29,211 nt of DNA, from positions 1 through 29,211 of the IMG/VR virus record IMGVR_UViG_3300032247_000926; one strand, written 5' to 3'. Both the position numbers and the translations under genes were made by a program. The stretch is from a virus. Lineage: Duplodnaviria; Caudoviricetes. Shown piece by piece: positions 1 to 6,954 of this stretch; within the stretch, counting starts at the first letter, position 1, and each line of letters opens with the position of its first letter. Below the pieces are notes generated by a model, which was not told the DNA's origin, did not search any database, and was given only the letters and a program-made list of their open reading frames with translations.

Positions 1-413
1 ATTTGGCGGCCATGTACCCTTACCTGTATATGGCCATTGTAATAATCTTGTGATTCCAATACCCGTCTGCTGAACTGCTCGCGTGCTTCAATGTATGAAC
101 ATTCACTCTTGCTTGCACAGTAGTAGAGTATCTCTCTGGTGAAATTGTTGGTGCCTAGTCGTTCGATGTCTGCGGTGAGTTCTGCGCTGGATCCATAATA
201 TTGTTGCCAATCTGAATCAATTTTGCTGCGTATGCGTTTTTTCTTTTTGATGCCGTTTTTTTGCTTGACTACTCGATAAGTGGTTTTTGAGAACTTTGCT
301 AATTTTTTGCCTATGTATTTGCGTCCAGTAAGATTATTCGTGATCATGTAAACAAACCCAACACAATCGTCGGGAAGTTCCGTAATTGGTTGTTGTTCGT
401 AAAGCCATGTCAT
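1..413 (-). CDS. GIY-YIG-like (Seg-type) putative endonuclease, 3' end truncated by the window edge
   Basis: Not in the ORF track (no stop in window). Manual translation from ATG at 413: MTWLYEQQPITELPDDCVGFVYMITNNLTGRKYIGKK...SDWQQYYGSS...FTREILYYC...YIEAREQF...YYNGHI. GFVY-x10-YIG, the YYGSS motif, a conserved Glu and YYN match GIY-YIG-family proteins of T4-like phages. Confidence 0.8.
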   Translation of the reverse strand, partial: MTWLYEQQPITELPDDCVGFVYMITNNLTGRKYIGKKLAKFSKTTYRVVKQKNGIKKKKRIRSKIDSDWQQYYGSSAELTADIERLGTNNFTREILYYCASKSECSYIEAREQFSRRVLESQDYYNGHIQVRVHGRQ

Positions 414-420
414 CGACTAT

Positions 421-428
421 TAGTTACC
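421..428 (-). promoter_or_regulatory. Possible variant late promoter (GGTAACTA) 7 nt upstream of the GIY-YIG-like start codon
   Basis: One mismatch from GGTAAATA seen at 6931 and 15119; lies in the short intergenic gap 414-442. Confidence 0.35.
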
Positions 429-442
429 TAACACTCCTGAAG

Positions 443-913
443 TTATATATTTTTTTCATAAATCCATCCTTGATGGCTTGTTTCTGACTCGTAGATCCAG
501 GTAAACGTGGGCCAAGTGAATTCTAAAAACCACTCACCGTTAAACCCTAGATAGTTTGAATGTATTACCGGTTCTACTATAATATTGTTTTGTGTGGCGT
601 ACTGATAATATCCATCAGAGTATTCAGGACGATATTGGCTACGATGCATGAAAGTTGGATACGATAATCCTTCGAGCGAGATTTCTTTGATAATAACTGC
701 CTTGTCAAGATTGCCAACTGTGTCACTGTCTGTTTTGTTCAAAAAGAACACACTGAGTCGATTGAGATCTTGTGCCGGCAATGTCCAATTAAATTTTTCA
801 GTATCGGCCAAAGTCAGGTCTACAAGAACCGCTTGATTGAACTCAATTCGAATATCTGGTACATCGCTCCAGTACAATGGTTCGAGCACAAGACCAAAGT
901 TGACATCACGCAT
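443..913 (-). CDS. Hypothetical protein associated with the radical SAM pair (about 156 aa)
   Basis: ORF track 443..922; ATG at 913 (MRDVNF) gives an 8-nt overlap with the upstream stop and is preferred, 922 is the alternative. Beta-strand-like pattern with NKTDSDT..DKAVII and YLGFNGEW motifs; no recognised catalytic motif. Confidence 0.75.
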   Translation of the reverse strand: MRDVNFGLVLEPLYWSDVPDIRIEFNQAVLVDLTLADTEKFNWTLPAQDLNRLSVFFLNKTDSDTVGNLDKAVIIKEISLEGLSYPTFMHRSQYRPEYSDGYYQYATQNNIIVEPVIHSNYLGFNGEWFLEFTWPTFTWIYESETSHQGWIYEKNI

Positions 914-2219
914 GATAGCCAAACTCTGTTAGAAAATTATAAAGATCCACAGAATAGTTCTTGATGTTGATTTTTTTCAACGAGTCCCACTGACTCAGTC
1001 TATCAGCACACTCTTTCCTGAGTACATCTGCATCCGCAGGTGCCGGGGTCTGTGCCAATCTAATCATACTTTCACACTCGTTGCGAATACTGACAGCAAT
1101 CTGATTTGAATCTTTCTGATTGTTAAATTCGTTGCCTGTGCTTGGCAACTTTTCCAAAATCGGTAATATACTGTCGACGATATTTTTTTTAATATTGTCA
1201 GGCAACAGCACAGCCCGTTGCCACGCTGGCTTGACCAATAAACTATTGTCAATGGGCAACGCTAACTCTAATGCCCACTTGATTAGGTTAGCATAAGATG
1301 GCAAACTCAACAGGCTTGGAACAGTTCGGATGACCAATTGCATGTTGCTAGGTTTGTTGTTGTTCATGGTTTGGATATTTTTTAGAATATCACCAATATT
1401 GCCGCCTTGCCTGATATAGTCCCCGATGAGATCCACACTTTCAATACTGATTCCAATCTCACATCTTTTGTATTTAGACAGCTTGTCAAAATATTTTGAG
1501 TAGTCTACACTGCCGTTGGAAGTAAAACTGATGTTCACAGTATCAGCTAATCCTGCGTTGATGAAGTAATCTATTATAAAATTGAACTTGGGTATGAATT
1601 CAACTTCTCCGCCGATGATATGTATCACCTTGAGATGATCGGCATGCTCATGTAAAAAATCCAAGAAGTTGTTCCACCCGTCGGTGTTGTCTGTCCAGTG
1701 TTCGAATAATTCTCCAGGAGGTAACCACTTCAGCTGTTTGTATTCAGTTTGCAATCTTGTGCTGGCAAATGGGTTGCACATGCGACAAGAAAAATTACAG
1801 GTGCTGCCAAGGTTTAGATGTAGACTGTGTATCTTTGAAGTAGTAAGCCCGTGGTGGTCCTCACTGTACTTAAAATGTTGATAGTTTGGACTTTGCAGAT
1901 AGCTACGATCAAATGCCGGTTTAAAAATTACAGATTTGTAATTTTCTTTCATTCTGTTACTCTCGTAACCTACAGATTCTTTTTGCTGACACATCTTACA
2001 CATAGAATCTGGAACATCACCCAGTTTTCTTAGTCGTGCCTGTTGTAATCTTGTTCCATTCCAGTAATCGTTTATTGGAATTTTTTTGATGTTATAAATT
2101 TTTCCAGCATCGGTTCCTACGATTTTGTCATTCTGGCAACCGCATAGATCATAGCTACCATCATGATTGATGTTTAACTCGAACCAGGGGATGTTGCAAA
2201 AAATACTACTGTTTGGCAT
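906..2219 (-). CDS. Radical SAM protein with N-terminal twitch/SPASM-like Fe-S domain
   Basis: CxxxCxxC motif CNFSCRMC, GGE motif (IIGGEV), TSNG, ISIES; N-terminal CNIPW...DGSYDLCGC...CKMC Cys cluster typical of N-terminal twitch-domain radical SAM proteins. Confidence 0.9.
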   Translation of the reverse strand: MPNSSIFCNIPWFELNINHDGSYDLCGCQNDKIVGTDAGKIYNIKKIPINDYWNGTRLQQARLRKLGDVPDSMCKMCQQKESVGYESNRMKENYKSVIFKPAFDRSYLQSPNYQHFKYSEDHHGLTTSKIHSLHLNLGSTCNFSCRMCNPFASTRLQTEYKQLKWLPPGELFEHWTDNTDGWNNFLDFLHEHADHLKVIHIIGGEVEFIPKFNFIIDYFINAGLADTVNISFTSNGSVDYSKYFDKLSKYKRCEIGISIESVDLIGDYIRQGGNIGDILKNIQTMNNNKPSNMQLVIRTVPSLLSLPSYANLIKWALELALPIDNSLLVKPAWQRAVLLPDNIKKNIVDSILPILEKLPSTGNEFNNQKDSNQIAVSIRNECESMIRLAQTPAPADADVLRKECADRLSQWDSLKKINIKNYSVDLYNFLTEFGYHA

Positions 2220-3168
2220 CTTTACACTTTATTCTACAAATTTCCAACGGATCCATGTCAAATCTACTCAACAGTTCATTCCATATCTCATCTTGAAGTA
2301 TGTGTTTCAGACTTTTGGTTTTGATACAAATGCGATCTTTGTACTTATGTACAAAATCGTTGTGTTGATACCCGTTATTAAACCATGGGCACGGGGTCAC
2401 TAATCCGTCGACTCCGATGAACAAATCTTTGGTGTAGTTTAGACATCTAGCCCAGGGATGTGCGATCTTGGGCACAGCAGGAACGATTGGCACGTACTTG
2501 TCTTGATTCAATGTTTCAACTTGTGTCTCGTATATCAAACTGCTTGATACCAGATTTGTTGCTGGTTTTAATTCGTCGATGATACCGTATCTACCATCAA
2601 ATTTTGAACTTTTGACTGTTTGGAATTGATTGCATCCTAGCGACTTGGCCAGTTCTCGGATTGATCCAATCCGATGTTGGTTAAAAGAAAAATATATCGT
2701 GGACCAAAGTATCGAACAATCACTAGAGCCACGCAGTGCCTTGATACCATTGACGATGCTATCAAAGTCACTGTTGACTCGATATAGGTTGTTGGACGAA
2801 TCGTCCCATCCATCCACACTGAACGTGACACGATCGTTGTGATCTAATAGACTGCCTAACTTTTGCCACCAATCGGATTTTTTATAGCTACCGTTGGTAA
2901 CAATTCGAACACGACTACTGCTGTTTGATTTGATATATTCTATCACTTCTAAAAATTCTGTGGCGTATATAGGATCTCCGATGTCGCCACAAAATATAAA
3001 ATTTTCTATTTCAGACAGTATCTCTATAGGAAATCCTGACTTGAACTCATCTAGTGAAACCTCTTGATTTAGGCGATCCAAATCCAACTCGGTTCTTGGG
3101 CATCGTGGGCATTTAAGTACACACTTACTACTGAGTTCAAGATGTATGGTTTTATAGTTAAACAACAT
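2206..3168 (-). CDS. Radical SAM protein with C-terminal SPASM/twitch-like domain (about 320 aa)
   Basis: CxxxCxxC motif CVLKCPRC near the N-terminus, CGDIGDP, VTNGS, FSVDG, YR motifs; C-terminal C...IGVDGLVTPC...CRIKC. Start moved to ATG at 3168 (MLFNYK), overlapping the gp46 stop by 11 nt. Confidence 0.9.
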   Translation of the reverse strand: MLFNYKTIHLELSSKCVLKCPRCPRTELDLDRLNQEVSLDEFKSGFPIEILSEIENFIFCGDIGDPIYATEFLEVIEYIKSNSSSRVRIVTNGSYKKSDWWQKLGSLLDHNDRVTFSVDGWDDSSNNLYRVNSDFDSIVNGIKALRGSSDCSILWSTIYFSFNQHRIGSIRELAKSLGCNQFQTVKSSKFDGRYGIIDELKPATNLVSSSLIYETQVETLNQDKYVPIVPAVPKIAHPWARCLNYTKDLFIGVDGLVTPCPWFNNGYQHNDFVHKYKDRICIKTKSLKHILQDEIWNELLSRFDMDPLEICRIKCKDAKQ

Positions 3169-4921
3169 CAATATCCGTTGAGTATGAAGTGAACCCATTC
3201 TCTTTCACTACCTTGAGAATGTTCTCTACCCTACTGGTGAGTTCGTCTCTGTGACTCACAAGCCAAATGCTCTTGTGTCGTTCTCGGCTCATCTTCTTCA
3301 GCAGGGCCAGGGCATTCTCCACACCCTGTGTATCCAAGCCGGAATCAATCATCTCGTCAATGAACAAGATGTTGATGGGTTGATATAGACTCTCCCACAC
3401 ATCGCGGAAGGCCCAGCTCATGCTGAGTATCAGTCTGTTGCGTTCACCACGACTCAAATTGTCAAAGTCCAGTTCACGACCCAGTTCTTCGATGCTCACT
3501 GTGAGATCGTTCTGGAACTTCACTGTGTGCGGCAATCCGATACGATCAAGATAGTGTGTGAGTCGGCTGTTGAGATAACTCAAGTTCTGATCAATGATCT
3601 TCTTACGCACAAATGAATCTTTGCTTGTGAGCAGTTTGAGCAAGAACTCTTGATGCTCTTGCACTCTAGTGAATTCGTTCAAGGTATCATAGCTAACCAC
3701 CTGCAGGGCTTGATTTTGCATTTCTGTGATCTGTTCGCTGTAGGGATCAGTTTCTGCTGATCTTGTGGCTAGATCCTTCATCAATGTGTCCAAGGTGTTT
3801 TTGTGATTCAGTGCCTGTTCAAGGCTGTCATAGAACACCCGGGGTGCTTGCCCTAGTTCGCCAAGTTCTTTCAATCGATCTTGATGTTCGGATCGTTGCG
3901 TGTCGTTGGTCAGCACTTGCAATGAGATTTCTAGCAGAGTCTTCTCACGCTGTGCTTTCACTGTGTCAAGGCTGTTGTCGTGTATGTCTGTGCCGCAAGC
4001 AAAACACTTGTGGCTGGCAATCTGACCAAGATCTTTTTCAATCTGGGCCATTTGCTTGAGCAGTTTGGTATCGTCGGCATCTATCTGTTGTATCCAGCGA
4101 TTGGCTTCGTCTGTGGCCTTCTTGCGAACATGATATGCTTCGAGATCTCTGTGTGCTTGAACCTCTGCTGAAATATCAATGTGTTCAAGATCAGCAATGC
4201 CCTGTGCCAGGCCTTCTGTATCTTCTGTTTGTTTGCGTAACCACAGGGTTCGCCGTTTTTCTAAACTGACGATCTGCTCTTCAATGCGCTTGTTGGCTTC
4301 TTGAACAGCACGAATACGCAATTCTTCAGATTGTATAGAGTCTTTGGTCTGTCTGTTGAGTTCTTTGATACGGTCAGCACGTTCACTCAACAATGTGATA
4401 CCCAGTAGTTGTTCAATGATGGTTCTTTGTTCGTTGGCCTTGAGACTCAAGAACGGTGCTGTGTATGTGTTCAGCGCCACGATGTGTTGGAACATGTCGT
4501 GGCTCATTCCTAACACACGCTCGATGGCTTCTTGTGTTTCTCGGCTGTCGCCTTGTGCTTCGTCCTGTGCTGCTTGATGTTCATCGTTCACATAGAACCG
4601 GAGTACATTGGGTTTACGCCCACGTTCAATTCGATAGTTCTGTCCGCTTACCGAAAAGTCAAGACTCACCAGCATGTGCTTGGCATTGGTCTTGTTCACA
4701 AGGTTGTCTTTGCGGATGTTTGATAGTGCTTGACCATACAGGGCATAACTCAATGCATTGATGATTGTGGTCTTGCCTGTGCCGTTGCGTGATCCGTCGC
4801 CGCCCATGTCTAGGTTTTCGCCCAGAACCAAAGTTAGGTCTGAGCGATCAAAGTCAATGGCCTGCGTGGTATTGCCCACGCTCATGAAGTTTTTTACTGT
4901 GAGGTCGCGTAGGTGGATCAT
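3158..4921 (-). CDS. gp46: Recombination endonuclease ATPase subunit (T4 gp46 / Rad50 / SbcC-like)
   Basis: N-terminal KNFMS, Walker A NGTGKTT, coiled coil with central zinc hook CFAC, signature LSRGE, Walker B ILFIDE, D-loop SGLD, H-loop VSH; adjacent to the Mre11-like gene. Confidence 0.95.
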   Translation of the reverse strand: MIHLRDLTVKNFMSVGNTTQAIDFDRSDLTLVLGENLDMGGDGSRNGTGKTTIINALSYALYGQALSNIRKDNLVNKTNAKHMLVSLDFSVSGQNYRIERGRKPNVLRFYVNDEHQAAQDEAQGDSRETQEAIERVLGMSHDMFQHIVALNTYTAPFLSLKANEQRTIIEQLLGITLLSERADRIKELNRQTKDSIQSEELRIRAVQEANKRIEEQIVSLEKRRTLWLRKQTEDTEGLAQGIADLEHIDISAEVQAHRDLEAYHVRKKATDEANRWIQQIDADDTKLLKQMAQIEKDLGQIASHKCFACGTDIHDNSLDTVKAQREKTLLEISLQVLTNDTQRSEHQDRLKELGELGQAPRVFYDSLEQALNHKNTLDTLMKDLATRSAETDPYSEQITEMQNQALQVVSYDTLNEFTRVQEHQEFLLKLLTSKDSFVRKKIIDQNLSYLNSRLTHYLDRIGLPHTVKFQNDLTVSIEELGRELDFDNLSRGERNRLILSMSWAFRDVWESLYQPINILFIDEMIDSGLDTQGVENALALLKKMSRERHKSIWLVSHRDELTSRVENILKVVKENGFTSYSTDIDVV

Positions 4922-5934
4922 AGATTCTGATAGATCTTCAGTAGTAGTTTGTTGTCGTAGAATTCTGATTCAATGTTGGTGATCTGATCTGTGACGATCT
5001 GATCCACACTTTCAAATTTGATCTCACCTGGTGCCATGTCCGTGTCTACCGATGAGTTCTTGTTGGGTATCAAGGCCATCTCTCTAAGACCATAGTCCTT
5101 GATGTATGTTTCTTTGATAAAGTTGGCTTCTTCGTATGAAATCTCAATGTCCAAGTTTACACGAACATGCATCCTAGGAGCAAGCAATGCGGCTGCATTA
5201 TCAATGATGTTGGCCAGTCCCAACACACGATAACGCGGTTGATCGGGCCAAGCATGATACACAGGATCTTGTCCCCATTCTAGAATAGTAAGGCCGCGAG
5301 CATCGTCACCGGCATCTGCATAGTTGTGTGGAAACGCATTGCCGATATAAGTGATGTTTTTCTTGGTCTGGCGTTTGTGGAAGTGCCCGGTGAATACATG
5401 TTCAAAGTTCGTGAAGTCTTCTCGTCGCACTTCGCCGTGATCCGGCATCTCTACCATGGCGTTCATCAAGTAGCCGGGCAGTTCAAAGTGCCCGAACATG
5501 TATTTGGCTTTTAGTTTAGAGATGCGTTTATGGTCGTCCCCCACAAGCCAAGGAGCAATAACCACATCACCACTGGAAAACCAATCGTTACAAATTTCAA
5601 CATTAGGGAGGTGCTTTGCCCATTCAACACTTTGAATATCACGCTTGTCCCTATAATATAGATCGTGATTTCCAGGAATAAAATATACTCGATCAAAGTT
5701 CTCATTCATATGCTCCAGCGCCCTGAGGCTGTAGTTCAGCGTGACAATGTTGAGACTGGCTCGATTGTTGTGCCAGTCACCAAGGAACAAGCAAGTTTCA
5801 CAACCTTCCTCTCGGGCCTTGCCAGTGGCCCACTTCACGAAGTTTAAACAGTCCTCATTGTGAGTGACACTGTTTGATTTCAATCCAAAGTGGATGTCAG
5901 TGAAGATCGCGGCTTTGCGGAATAGATTAGTCAT
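4918..5934 (-). CDS. gp47: Recombination endonuclease nuclease subunit (T4 gp47 / Mre11 / SbcD-like)
   Basis: Calcineurin-like phosphoesterase motifs DIH, LGD, GNHD, FGH, GHFH; ATGA overlap with gp46. Confidence 0.95.
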   Translation of the reverse strand: MTNLFRKAAIFTDIHFGLKSNSVTHNEDCLNFVKWATGKAREEGCETCLFLGDWHNNRASLNIVTLNYSLRALEHMNENFDRVYFIPGNHDLYYRDKRDIQSVEWAKHLPNVEICNDWFSSGDVVIAPWLVGDDHKRISKLKAKYMFGHFELPGYLMNAMVEMPDHGEVRREDFTNFEHVFTGHFHKRQTKKNITYIGNAFPHNYADAGDDARGLTILEWGQDPVYHAWPDQPRYRVLGLANIIDNAAALLAPRMHVRVNLDIEISYEEANFIKETYIKDYGLREMALIPNKNSSVDTDMAPGEIKFESVDQIVTDQITNIESEFYDNKLLLKIYQNL

Positions 5935-5940
5935 CCTTTG

Positions 5941-5969
5941 ATTATACTACTCATCCAAGGTGCTTACAA
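5941..5969 (-). promoter_or_regulatory. Sigma70-type promoter for gp47-gp46, overlapping the 3' end of gp55
   Basis: Minus strand reads TTGTAA (5969-5964), 17 nt, TATAAT (5946-5941), 6 nt, ATG of gp47 (5934). Confidence 0.55.
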
Positions 5970-6846
5970 CCGGTCCGGACATGGCTTCCATTGAATGTTT
6001 GCCAGAATTCTGTCGAGTCCATGATGGGTTGAGTCCGTTCATCTCAAGGATGTCATCACGGATGTTCTGCATCTTCTTCTCGATGTTCAAGATACGAGTA
6101 AAGCTATTGGTGATAGCGGCAGTATAATACGCAAAAGGGTTCTGCGATTTTGATTCGTCGAATTGCAATCCAATTTGGCTGAGTTGTAGTAGGGCTTGTC
6201 CGCGCATTTCTTCATTGTAGGTGTATCCACGCCAGTTTGATCTTGTGGCATAGCGTTCGCACAGTTTCATAAACATGCGAGCCAATGTTCTAGTCATCTC
6301 GCCGTGATCCTTTGAAAACTCTCCAGTTTCGAGATCGCCACGCCAGTGGCTCTTGCCAACTAGATAGGGTTCTTTGTTATCATCCACACGGTAGTGGAAG
6401 AACGGAGGAAAGTTCACTCGCATGTGTGTGGGATCTAGGATAGGTTCGTCGATCAAGTCTGCTAATGGATCGTCTTCTACTGTATCATCCAGTTCAAGAA
6501 GATCTTCCAATTTGCGCTTTTTGGCAGCGGCTTTGGTGATCTTTTTGGGTGCCATGGGTATGTGCTCCCAGGTCATCACACGGAAAACTATGTCTGTGTT
6601 GGGTATTTTCTTGGGATCTATGATCTCACCAGTTTCACGTTTGATGCGATCTGCACGATTTCGGCGTGCTTCTGCGGTGGTCTTTTGATTTATTTTGCTT
6701 ACACTAGGCAAGATGATGTCATATTGATGGTCTAGATCTGGATTGATGTAGGCGCAATAATTTTTCTTGCTTAGGTGGATTTCTTTGAGAATATCTCTGT
6801 TGTTGAGATAATTGGTTTTTGGTGTTGCTCTTGCGATGGTGGCCAT
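5947..6846 (-). CDS. gp55: Late-transcription sigma factor (T4 gp55-like) with an internal insertion
   Basis: YLNNRDILKEI at the N-terminus, NWRGYTYNEEM, QFDESKSQNPFAYYT...SFTRILNIEKK; gp55-gp47-gp46 order as in T4-like phages; SD-like AAGGAT 8 nt upstream. Confidence 0.88.
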   Translation of the reverse strand: MATIARATPKTNYLNNRDILKEIHLSKKNYCAYINPDLDHQYDIILPSVSKINQKTTAEARRNRADRIKRETGEIIDPKKIPNTDIVFRVMTWEHIPMAPKKITKAAAKKRKLEDLLELDDTVEDDPLADLIDEPILDPTHMRVNFPPFFHYRVDDNKEPYLVGKSHWRGDLETGEFSKDHGEMTRTLARMFMKLCERYATRSNWRGYTYNEEMRGQALLQLSQIGLQFDESKSQNPFAYYTAAITNSFTRILNIEKKMQNIRDDILEMNGLNPSWTRQNSGKHSMEAMSGPVVSTLDE

Positions 6847-6872
6847 CAGGCAGTATCCTTAAAGTAGTATTT

Positions 6873-6900
6873 ATTATAACACACTTTGCGGGTTTGTCAA
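6873..6900 (-). promoter_or_regulatory. Consensus sigma70 promoter driving gp55 (with extended -10)
   Basis: Minus strand reads TTGACA (6900-6895), 16 nt ending in TGT, TATAAT (6878-6873); 26 nt upstream of the gp55 ATG. Confidence 0.75.
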
Positions 6901-6930
6901 TAGGTTATAAACTGGGTAGATTATTATTTG

Positions 6931-6938
6931 GGTAAATA
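6931..6938 (+). promoter_or_regulatory. gp55-type late promoter (GGTAAATA) for the baseplate operon
   Basis: TAAATA core of the T4 late promoter TATAAATA, 16 nt upstream of ATG 6955, followed by SD-like AGGA (6945-6948); same 8-mer recurs at 15119. Confidence 0.65.
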
Positions 6939-6954
6939 AAGCATAGGAACTTCT

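Noticed and set aside
3169-3198. N-terminal extension of the radical SAM ORF as given in the ORF track (and similarly 13357-13377 for the post-gp5 gene)
   Set aside because: Downstream ATGs at 3168 and 13378 give typical short overlaps with the preceding stop codons and more plausible N-termini.
3158-5934. Intein or intron in gp46/gp47
   Set aside because: Lengths (587 and 338 aa) are normal, all motifs are contiguous, and no intein or homing endonuclease motifs are visible.
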